A DNA stretch of 64,000 nucleotides from Patescibacteria group bacterium (GTDB lineage: Bacteria; Patescibacteriota; Minisyncoccia; Minisyncoccales; UBA5738), in assembly GCA_022710775.1 (NCBI GenBank), contig JAKLGH010000001.1, forward strand, positions 69,824 to 133,823, given 5' to 3'. Positions 46,973 to 54,755 of the stretch are shown piece by piece. A program made the position numbers and the translations under genes. The first letter of the stretch is position 1, and each line of letters opens with the position of its first letter. The notes under the pieces were generated by a model. It did no database searches. It was not told where the DNA came from and saw only the letters and a program-made list of their open reading frames with translations.

Positions 46973-48292
46973 TTAAATTCCTTTTTTATTCTTATTTTTA
47001 AGCTCCTCTTTTTTTCTCTCGCGCGCTATTTCCTTTGCGATATCCTTTTTGATCGATCTTGCGCCGATCTCGATCCGCTCTTTTTCTCCTATCGCGCCGG
47101 CTATCCTCATTTCCAGATCTCCGATAATGTTCATAAACGCAATGTATGATTCGTAGGGGCTTTCATAAGGATTGAAATATTTATGGACGTCGCCGTCGGA
47201 AAACCATTTGGTGCACATATAATAGAAATGATCCGAAGTTTGCAGCTTCCGCCAGTCATCCAGCAGATCCCGATCGCCGATTCCCTTAATTGCCCCCTCC
47301 AGCGCGTAAACCCTTTGGAGCGCCGATTGCTGCATTTGGTTGCCAAGCCACGCGCTCAAATCGCGCTCGGTATCGGCCCAGGACAGCGGATAGGGCACAT
47401 CGACGCAATCGACCGGTTCATATAATTGTATCAATTCCGACACAGTTTTAAAACTGTTCTGCGGATGTTCCAATGCGCGCCACACGAACGCCTCGAAAAA
47501 ATCGAATATCCCGGTTTCTTCCCATTGATGCTCCCCGAAAGTTTCGTAATCCATAAACAAATTGACCGTCTGGGCCGCGTCCCCGATATTGGTTTGGTTG
47601 ACCCAATCGGCATACTTTTCCGAAGTAAGCGGCCATTCTTTCCACCCTCGGTTGGAAAAACGGAACGCGATATCGTCGCTCAAACGGTAGTTTCTCATCA
47701 GCAGGGCGATATTGGTATCCTTGGCGCGATAAACAAAATTCGCGCTCCGCCAGCCCAGCACCTTATCCCATCCTTCAGCCAGAATACCGGTAAAACCCAT
47801 TTCCTCCACGGTCTTGGCAACCGCGTTGGTATACATCAGCTCCGTGTTGCGGAAAACCGCAGGCGTAAAGGAAAACAGCTGCTCAAACTTTTTTTTCTGC
47901 TGATCCACCTGGCTCACGAATTCATCCTTGGAATAAAGCGCGGCCAGCGAATGGTAATAAGTTTCGGAAACTAGCTCGCAGCAACCGGTCTCAACCAGGT
48001 CTTGGAAGCTTTTCAACACTTCGGGAAATCTGCTTTCCAGCTGCTCTAAAAGAACGCCGGTAATGCTCATGCTCACCTTAAACTTCCCAAGCGACTTCCT
48101 GATCAGCTCTAAAAGCATCCGGTTCGTCGGCAAGTAGCTTTTTTTGGCGATCCGATCCAGGATCGCGCCGTTCATCGCTTCATCAAAATAAGGATTGCTC
48201 GACCCGATATCGAAAACCGAGTATTTTTTCATCCTCTGCGGCTGATGGCAATGGAGATATAAGGAAATGGCTGGCATGTAATTTGTTTGCAA
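46973..48292 (-). CDS. GH57-family alpha-glucan-active enzyme (alpha-amylase / glucanotransferase type)
   Basis: ISLYLHCHQPQR (GH57 region 1), NLFMDYETFGEHQW (the catalytic Glu region), and WADTERDLSAW. Confidence 0.85.
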   Translation of the reverse strand: MQTNYMPAISLYLHCHQPQRMKKYSVFDIGSSNPYFDEAMNGAILDRIAKKSYLPTNRMLLELIRKSLGKFKVSMSITGVLLEQLESRFPEVLKSFQDLVETGCCELVSETYYHSLAALYSKDEFVSQVDQQKKKFEQLFSFTPAVFRNTELMYTNAVAKTVEEMGFTGILAEGWDKVLGWRSANFVYRAKDTNIALLMRNYRLSDDIAFRFSNRGWKEWPLTSEKYADWVNQTNIGDAAQTVNLFMDYETFGEHQWEETGIFDFFEAFVWRALEHPQNSFKTVSELIQLYEPVDCVDVPYPLSWADTERDLSAWLGNQMQQSALQRVYALEGAIKGIGDRDLLDDWRKLQTSDHFYYMCTKWFSDGDVHKYFNPYESPYESYIAFMNIIGDLEMRIAGAIGEKERIEIGARSIKKDIAKEIARERKKEELKNKNKKGI

Positions 48293-48366
48293 TTTTCAAT
48301 CGCTGATTCTCTGCTTCCAAGCATTAATTGAAAATTAGAAATTGAAAATTGAAAATTTTTTATCGT

Positions 48367-49605
48367 TTAAGCTTGCAATACTTGGTCGTAGACCGACAGG
48401 CATTTTTTCGCCGATTCCTGCCAGGAAAAATTCCGGACTTCTCCAAAACCGTTCTCGCTAAGACACCGGCCAAGCGCCGGGTATTTCACGACCGCCAGCA
48501 TTTTCGCGGCCATTTGGTCAACATCCCAGAAATCCACTTTCAGGCAATGGCTGATCATTTCGGAAGCCCCGCATGTCCTGGAAACTAAAATAGGCGTGCC
48601 GCTGGCCATTGCCTCAAGGCTTGTTAGGCCGAAAGGTTCCGATACCGACGACATCACGTAAAGATCGGCCATTTTATAAAGCCTGGCCAGATTAGCGCCG
48701 CGCAAAAAACCCGCGAAGATCACGCGATCCGAGATCCCCAAACGCCCCGATTCCTCGATCAGCCAGCGCTCCATATCTCCAGAACCGGAAAAGACAAAAT
48801 ATACATCCGGATCTTTTCTCAAAACCATTTGCGCCGCGCGTAAAAAATAATCCGGTCCTTTTTGATACGTGAGGCGGCCCACGAAAAGCACCATCTTTTT
48901 TCCGTTCTTCTTGAAATTCAGATCCAAAAATTCCGTCCGGTAATCGTTTGGCTCAACGGCATTGGGAACAACGCTCACCTTTGCCGGATCCACTCCGTAG
49001 CGGCTACAGATCACGCGTTTCGTGTAATCGCTTACCGCAATAATGGCATCAGCCTTCTTAAAGCCCTCTTTTTCAATCACGTAAATATCGGGGTTCAGCG
49101 AACCTTCGCCCACGCGGTCGTACTCGGTGGCATGAACGTGGAAAACCAAAGGCTTTCCCGAAACTTCCCTGGCCGCCAGTCCGGCCGGAAAACTCAACCA
49201 ATCATGGCAGTGGATCACGTCAAAATCGGCAGTTTTCGCGATTCGCTTGGCATTGCGCGCGTACCGAAAAACTTCGCTCACCAGATCGCGAGCGTAAATG
49301 TCGCGCTTTTTTTGGGCGGCCAGCCTTCGGTAGGTTTCGTTATAAGTACGGGAATTCAGGTAAGGAGCAAGAATTGAATCCACCTTTTTCATGGTTATCA
49401 TTCCCGATTCTTCCTCGCCAAACTCGAAACGGCAGGCCGTTGAAGCCAAAGCTACCGGTTTTGGCAATACAAAAGTTATCCGCGCGCCGTTGGATGCCAA
49501 ACCGCGCACCAGACCTTCGCAGGCAACGCCCAAACCGCCGGAATTGAAGGGAGGAAATTCCCATCCGAACATTAAGATTTTAACGGGTACGCTTTTGTGC
49601 ATCAA
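48367..49605 (-). CDS. GT-B glycosyltransferase, GlgA-like (GT4/GT5)
   Basis: KILMFGWEFPPFNSGGLGVACEGL (compare KTGGL of GlgA), HCHDWLSFPAG, and the EX7E-type region SVSEPFGLTSLEAMASGTP. Confidence 0.8.
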   Translation of the reverse strand: MMHKSVPVKILMFGWEFPPFNSGGLGVACEGLVRGLASNGARITFVLPKPVALASTACRFEFGEEESGMITMKKVDSILAPYLNSRTYNETYRRLAAQKKRDIYARDLVSEVFRYARNAKRIAKTADFDVIHCHDWLSFPAGLAAREVSGKPLVFHVHATEYDRVGEGSLNPDIYVIEKEGFKKADAIIAVSDYTKRVICSRYGVDPAKVSVVPNAVEPNDYRTEFLDLNFKKNGKKMVLFVGRLTYQKGPDYFLRAAQMVLRKDPDVYFVFSGSGDMERWLIEESGRLGISDRVIFAGFLRGANLARLYKMADLYVMSSVSEPFGLTSLEAMASGTPILVSRTCGASEMISHCLKVDFWDVDQMAAKMLAVVKYPALGRCLSENGFGEVRNFSWQESAKKCLSVYDQVLQA

Positions 49606-49852
49606 TGGATCTAAATATGTTTCATCGGCGCGAATATCGGCCTAAAACCGCGCCGGATGGATTCATCCTTTTTTTTGCTGGGCGATTGAAAAATCATAAA
49701 ATGCCAAATTTCATATGGCTTTATTGTTCCTCCTTTCTCATCGCCCCGTTTTTTTATTCTGAGTTTATTATACAGGATAAAATAAAAAAAATGAAAAGCG
49801 GAAAAGCATTGATTTTATTGGCGTTCTTTTCGGGCTGCCAGCGATCGCCGCC

Positions 49853-52468
49853 TCACTCGATAACCTTCACCAAGCCTCGATTGCCGTCAACCAATATTCT
49901 CTGGCCGTCTTTGATTTTTCCGGTCGCGGCGGCAATATTGGATACTACAGGCAAACCGTATTCCCGCGCCACGATCGAAGCATGGGAAAGCAAGCCTCCG
50001 GTATTGGAAACCACGCCTTTAACGACTACAAAAACCGGCGTCCAACCCGGATCAAGGTGGTCGCAAACCAGAATTTCTCCGGGACGAACCTTCCAAATAT
50101 CGTCAATTTTTTCTACTACCCGGGCAACGCCTTGCGCCATACCGGAACTCACGCCCAATCCCTGCAACGCCTCAACTTTTTTGCTGCCCGGCGATAAATC
50201 TGCGACAGGCAGAAGATTAGGCTTGCCTTTAAAAACGTCGGGCATAGTAAAGGCCGCTGACCGTTTGTATTCGCTTTTCCGGCGCTTCACCAAAGCCGCC
50301 AGTTTAGGATCAGCCTCAAGAGCTTTGCGGCGCACGGCGTCAATTTCGTCGCGTGTCAGAAAAAAAACGTCCGAGGCTTCCCTTAAAGCGCCTATTTCCT
50401 TGAATGCCAAACCAATTTTTAAGTAAACCGATCTTAGCGGGAAAAGCAAACCAATCAGAACCGATTTGAATTGTTCGCGCAAAATTTGGGCGGATTCCGC
50501 CGATCGTAAAATTTTATTAAAAATGGCGAATTTCCAATTTGGAAGCAGCCTCTTGGTTTCCCAAAGAAGCATTTCTTTCCGCTTGGCCAGTTTCTCGATC
50601 CTTGAAGTCGGGTCAGCGTCCTCGGATGCTCCCAAATAAAGCTTAAGGGTGTTGATCAAAAAACTCGGATTTTCCTTCCAGCGCGGCCGTGAAAAATCAG
50701 CCTCATTGGCGCATCGGTGTCCGTACTTCTCAAGATACAGCATCCATGCGGCGCTTATCTCCCGGGACTCAACCAAAACAGCGAGCGCCTTTGATATCGT
50801 GGCGGCTTTAAGAAACCGGTGGGACAAGCTGCGGTTGTTTTTAATAGCGCGGCTCAAGTCCCAAAGCGCCTCAAATGACACCAGCATTTCAATTTGCCGG
50901 GAACCCGATGCCATAAACGCATTAGCTTTTTCACCGGTCTTATCGTTAAGCCATTTTTGGCATAAATAGGTAAAAATATAAAAATAGGCAAGCGGATAAA
51001 GCAAAGTACTGGCGCCAGCCATGACCGATCCAGCGTATGAGGAGATTTCCGATTCCAAAACCAGCAAATCAGGCAAATCGCGAGAAGCCGAAACTCGGCG
51101 ATCGAATTCTTTAGCCATTTTATCGGCACCGCCTATCCGGGCTTTAAATTTATGGGACGCCGCAAGCGAATGAAAAAAAACTTTGGCGCAATAGGACATC
51201 AATCCCAGTTTTCCGGAAAAGGAAATTTCCAGCCGTCCGCCGCCGCCGCGCCCGCCAAAGAAATTTTCAATGGGAAATTTCTTCAGTTTAGTCACCTTCG
51301 CGAGCGACCCGGCAACGGCTGTCGCATTAAAATACAGCCGGCCTTCAAAATCCCGGAGCAGCCTCTCGTTCCTTTCAACCGGCAAAACGGATAACAAGGC
51401 CGGCTCAATAATATAAATCATGTTGCCAGAAACCAGAGGCAGAACGATTCCGGGCAGAATTTCCGAAATGTTCGCGTTTGACCAAACGCATTCTTTATTC
51501 GAAAAGCAGCCGCCCGCCGCTATAGGACGGCACCGGAGAATAGCAATCCTGCCGGAGGCAAAACTCCATTCCACATCCTGGGGAGAGCCAAGTATCCCGT
51601 CGATTTTTATTACAGCTTGAGCCAGCCATTTTATCTGGTCATCGGTCAGTATTTGCGTTATGCGGCCGGCAGAAGAACGGCGCAAAGCAAAAGAATTTCC
51701 CTGATAACCAGTCATTCGGCACCGGCCAGCCGCTTTTTTTGCAATGATATAAAGCGGATCGATATTTAAGTCGTAGCATTCCGGCAGTGCTTTTCTTGGC
51801 GGCGTCGGCCCGCCAAACCTTTGGCGCGCCTCAATAACCAGACGCTCCTTTCCCGCTCGATCGGCGAGCCTCGAAAAAGCCGTACCGAAAATTTCGCTGT
51901 TGATCATTCTTTGTACCAGCACCGCCGGCCGGATTTTTTCCGGATCAACGCTTAATTTGAGAAAATAAACGAGCGCGGGCGCTGAAAAAGCGGATGCCCA
52001 GCAATCTTTTATCCGCTCATTCAGATCCGGATGAGCAACTGTTAAAAAACTTCCGGCAGGAACGGCAGCCGAAGCCGCTGAAAAACCGCCTTCGATAGCG
52101 ACCGATGACCTCACAGCGGCATAACTGGTATTCAACATATCGAAAGCGCCGTCGATTTGATGCACAATTTCTTTTTGGATCGGATGTTTAATGATCAAAT
52201 CGAAAATTGCGGAGCTTCTCCTGGAAAGATCCGGCAAATTCTTGATATCGCATCCTTTAAGCAATTCGTTTAAAGGCCCATCGATCTTGGCATCTTTGCA
52301 GAACCGATCGAACGCGGCCGCCATTACCACAAAACCGGAAGGAGTAAAAATTCCTTTTTTAACCACTCTGGCTAGCGAAACTGCTTTAAATCCCGCTTGC
52401 GATAAGTCATTTTCGGTAAGCCTATCCAGCTTTTTAACGTAAATCATTGGTATTAGCCGGTTCCTCAT
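49853..52468 (-). CDS. PEP-utilising-enzyme-family dikinase lacking a PEP/pyruvate barrel (ATP-grasp N-domain, long central domain, C-terminal phosphohistidine swivel)
   Basis: The N-terminal PPDK_N-like region runs from AGFKAVSLARVVKKGIFTPSGFVV to SPQDVEWSFASGRIAILRCRPI. The C-terminal mobile His domain reads ILVCDHLDPGWTPVFVVVKGVVSNTGGLLSHASIVAREYGLPVV. Size and domain order resemble rifampicin-phosphotransferase-like proteins. The substrate is unknown. Confidence 0.8.
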   Translation of the reverse strand: MRNRLIPMIYVKKLDRLTENDLSQAGFKAVSLARVVKKGIFTPSGFVVMAAAFDRFCKDAKIDGPLNELLKGCDIKNLPDLSRRSSAIFDLIIKHPIQKEIVHQIDGAFDMLNTSYAAVRSSVAIEGGFSAASAAVPAGSFLTVAHPDLNERIKDCWASAFSAPALVYFLKLSVDPEKIRPAVLVQRMINSEIFGTAFSRLADRAGKERLVIEARQRFGGPTPPRKALPECYDLNIDPLYIIAKKAAGRCRMTGYQGNSFALRRSSAGRITQILTDDQIKWLAQAVIKIDGILGSPQDVEWSFASGRIAILRCRPIAAGGCFSNKECVWSNANISEILPGIVLPLVSGNMIYIIEPALLSVLPVERNERLLRDFEGRLYFNATAVAGSLAKVTKLKKFPIENFFGGRGGGGRLEISFSGKLGLMSYCAKVFFHSLAASHKFKARIGGADKMAKEFDRRVSASRDLPDLLVLESEISSYAGSVMAGASTLLYPLAYFYIFTYLCQKWLNDKTGEKANAFMASGSRQIEMLVSFEALWDLSRAIKNNRSLSHRFLKAATISKALAVLVESREISAAWMLYLEKYGHRCANEADFSRPRWKENPSFLINTLKLYLGASEDADPTSRIEKLAKRKEMLLWETKRLLPNWKFAIFNKILRSAESAQILREQFKSVLIGLLFPLRSVYLKIGLAFKEIGALREASDVFFLTRDEIDAVRRKALEADPKLAALVKRRKSEYKRSAAFTMPDVFKGKPNLLPVADLSPGSKKVEALQGLGVSSGMAQGVARVVEKIDDIWKVRPGEILVCDHLDPGWTPVFVVVKGVVSNTGGLLSHASIVAREYGLPVVSNIAAATGKIKDGQRILVDGNRGLVKVIE

Positions 52469-53048
52469 CCGGATGGTTAGTCTGCGGTCTTTCTGCCCAT
52501 TCGCACCCGCGCTTGGCGGTTTTAGCCCCGCTTTCGGCCGACTTCACTTCATCGCGGTATTTATGGTTATCGTCAAACAAATAAGCTTCGGCTAAACCTT
52601 CGCTTAACAAGACCAGGCTTATATTTTGCGATTCCGCAAAAACATATCTTAAGCTTCGGCCATACCGGTCCGTATCGCTTCCGGAGGCCTCCAGCCTTAC
52701 GGGCTTGCCCAAGACCAAATCTTTTAGCCGGGTTTTAGCCGCGCCGTAGCAGCGCCCGCCTTTTTCATCGGTATCGATACCCAGCAGCCTTACGGTTTTT
52801 GGCCCGGCTACTTCAATGGTGTCGCCGTCGATGACCCGGGTAACTATTGCCTCATCAGGGCCAGGCGCGCCGATCGGCTTTTTATCGAACCATTTATGGA
52901 TCAACACAGGCGCTTCAACAATATTTGCGGCATAATATAACGCTGCGGATAACGCCAAAGCAGAAACCAATAAAAAAAGGAAAAGAAATATTTTCCAATA
53001 GCTTTTCGGGGTCATATGTCGAATAGGTTCAAACTTTTTGATAAGCAA
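52434..53048 (-). CDS. membrane-anchored/secreted staphylococcal-nuclease-like (thermonuclease, SNase) protein
   Basis: N-terminal TM segment, then VTRVIDGDTIEVAG..VRLLGIDTDEKG...DRYGRSLRYVF, which are SNase fold motifs. Confidence 0.8.
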   Translation of the reverse strand: MLIKKFEPIRHMTPKSYWKIFLFLFLLVSALALSAALYYAANIVEAPVLIHKWFDKKPIGAPGPDEAIVTRVIDGDTIEVAGPKTVRLLGIDTDEKGGRCYGAAKTRLKDLVLGKPVRLEASGSDTDRYGRSLRYVFAESQNISLVLLSEGLAEAYLFDDNHKYRDEVKSAESGAKTAKRGCEWAERPQTNHPDEEPANTNDLR

Positions 53049-53130
53049 AAAATTATTAATCCATTATACAACAATCGTCCTTATGCAAAAAGCGGGAAAA
53101 ACGGGCCGGACGGACAGACGGACATAACTA

Positions 53131-53159
53131 TTGACATTTATATTAATATATATTATAAT
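53131..53159 (+). promoter_or_regulatory. perfect-consensus promoter TTGACA-N17-TATAAT positioned for a leaderless mRNA
   Basis: TTGACA at 53131..53136, 17-nt spacer, TATAAT at 53154..53159. The ATG of the downstream ORF is at 53166, which is 7 nt after the -10 hexamer. Confidence 0.6.
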
Positions 53160-53165
53160 ATAAGC

Positions 53166-53468
53166 ATGAACAAATTATTAGCTTCTAATTGGCTGGCTTT
53201 ATTCGCCATTGTGATGCTCGTTGGAACATTCGGGTCATTCCCCTACGTTTACAGCCAGCTCACCAATTGGGTTGTAACGATCGCCGCATTAATGACCGTT
53301 TACGCGGCCAGGAAAGCCGGACAAAGAACCTATATGTGGCTTTTCGTTTTCGTCGCGGTCATTTTAAACCCGATCGCTCCGATCTATTTTACGGCAAGCC
53401 AGTGGCGCATAGCCTATACCGCAACCATGCTGTTAATGGCGATATCGATATTCAAAATAAAAAAATAA
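53166..53468 (+). CDS. small hypothetical membrane protein (3 TM helices)
   Basis: MNKLLASNWLALFAIVMLVG.. is 100 aa long. The ATG at 53166 is chosen because the promoter lies inside the longer track ORF (53016..). Confidence 0.55.
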   Translation: MNKLLASNWLALFAIVMLVGTFGSFPYVYSQLTNWVVTIAALMTVYAARKAGQRTYMWLFVFVAVILNPIAPIYFTASQWRIAYTATMLLMAISIFKIKK

Positions 53469-53536
53469 GGCGAGAAAAAAGAAAAAACGGTTAAACAAAG
53501 ATAGTGATAATCAAAGGTTTAAAACCAATCTAAAAA

Positions 53537-53566
53537 CACCCCCGGCTTTCGGCCGGGGGTGTTTGC
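53537..53566. terminator. bidirectional rho-independent terminator
   Basis: CACCCCCGGC-TTTCG-GCCGGGGGTG (10-bp GC-rich stem), preceded by AAAAA and followed by TTTG, between convergent genes. Confidence 0.65.
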
Positions 53567-53582
53567 TAAAGCTAAAATTTTA

Positions 53583-53999
53583 TTAATCCTTCCTGATCTT
53601 GTTTATGTATTCGACGGCCAGCCAGTTTTTTCGATTGAAAAAATCAACCGCGAACGGTCCGATCCGGGAAACTTTATCCAATTCCACCAGCAGGATATGC
53701 TTGCGTTTTGACCAGGCTCCGGCTTCCTGATCGGTAAAACCCATTTTCTTCATATTGCTTCTCACAAGATTTACGGAATTCTGATCCTTGCCCGAAAAAC
53801 GGCGGCAATCTTTAACTAACCCGCGCGCTACCGCAACCTGTTCTCCTAGGTCGCGGACGAAATAAACGTACTCGCCCGGAAAAACTTTATCGCAAGGCAA
53901 CATCCGGCCGCTCGCTCCCCGGATGATCGCCGTGGTTTTGCCATTCAGCAAGCGTTCGAGTTCGTTTGATTTTAGGTCGACGGATACCGCGTGGTCCAT
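53583..53999 (-). CDS. hypothetical protein, possibly ASCH/PUA-like fold
   Basis: 138-aa ORF. LLNGKTTAIIRGASGRMLP..GEYVYFV is reminiscent of ASCH-domain N-termini. Weak call. Confidence 0.35.
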   Translation of the reverse strand: MDHAVSVDLKSNELERLLNGKTTAIIRGASGRMLPCDKVFPGEYVYFVRDLGEQVAVARGLVKDCRRFSGKDQNSVNLVRSNMKKMGFTDQEAGAWSKRKHILLVELDKVSRIGPFAVDFFNRKNWLAVEYINKIRKD

Positions 54000-54049
54000 A
54001 ATTGATAAAACAGGTTCTTCTCAATTAATTATACAACGATCTGTAATGT

Positions 54050-54078
54050 TTGACAAAAACAGATGATGGCGATATATA
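54050..54078 (+). promoter_or_regulatory. candidate promoter TTGACA-N17-TATATA of the TetR-MFP-RND operon
   Basis: TTGACA at 54050..54055, 17-nt spacer, TATATA at 54073..54078. Confidence 0.55.
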
Positions 54079-54093
54079 GACTAAGTCAAACTG

Positions 54094-54109
54094 CCTACCA
54101 AACGGTAGG
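54094..54109. promoter_or_regulatory. inverted repeat CCTACC-AAAC-GGTAGG, candidate TetR operator
   Basis: A perfect 6-bp-arm palindrome ~16 nt downstream of the -10 hexamer and upstream of the TetR start. Confidence 0.4.
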
Positions 54110-54149
54110 TAATTTATATACCGTATGGCAAAATTACCCGTTAAATTCC

Positions 54150-54704
54150 ATGGATAACCGATGCTGCACCAAATCAAAGATCCTGGCCGCGGCCCGGAAA
54201 CTATTTTCAAAAAGAGGATATGCCCTCACTTCCCTGGATGAGATCGCAAAAAATGTTTCGATAGCCAAACCGTCCCTGTTTTACCACTTTAAGAACAAAG
54301 AGAATATTTATGCCAGCGTCGCGAAAAATTCGCTTGCCGTGATCATAAGCGACCTGGAAATTTATTTGGAAGAAAGCCGCCTCAAGCAAAGAAACCTTGA
54401 AAAAATCCTGGTTGAAGTGATCGAAAAACGCCTTAACGACGAAATCGTTATCAGGCTGGTCGATATGAAAATGATCGGCTTGGACCAGGAAGTCATTATT
54501 AGCATCCGCGAAGACCTGCAAAAAATACGCAATTTGGTCCGTAAGATCCTGGAAGTTTACGATATCAAAAATCCTAAACTGGCGGCGGAAGTCCTGATCA
54601 ATTCGGTTAATTGCTACGTATTGCATGCAAACGGCAATCTTTCGGAAATTCCGCCCAAAAAATACGGCGCGTACCTGGCTTCCCTTTTTTGCAAAAACGC
54701 TTAA
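54150..54704 (+). CDS. TetR/AcrR-family transcriptional regulator
   Basis: KILAAARKLFSKRGYALTSLDEIAKNVSIAKPSLFYHFKNKENIY is the TetR HTH signature. The ATG at 54150 is preferred because the track start (54063) lies inside the predicted promoter. Confidence 0.85.
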   Translation: MDNRCCTKSKILAAARKLFSKRGYALTSLDEIAKNVSIAKPSLFYHFKNKENIYASVAKNSLAVIISDLEIYLEESRLKQRNLEKILVEVIEKRLNDEIVIRLVDMKMIGLDQEVIISIREDLQKIRNLVRKILEVYDIKNPKLAAEVLINSVNCYVLHANGNLSEIPPKKYGAYLASLFCKNA

Positions 54705-54755
54705 AAAAATGGTAATAACGTTGATACCTAAGAAAATACTAAAAAATAAAATAAC

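Noticed and set aside
49605-50426. 273-aa plus-strand ORF
   Set aside because: Most of it is antisense to the C-terminal phosphohistidine domain of the dikinase gene. The protein is Pro/Ser/Thr-rich with no motifs, so it is a shadow ORF.
52434-53048. Secreted SNase-like nuclease near the dikinase, considered as part of a defence or mobile module
   Set aside because: No partner genes (immunity, integrase, toxin-antitoxin) are adjacent. Secreted nucleases are common nucleotide-scavenging enzymes in reduced genomes.
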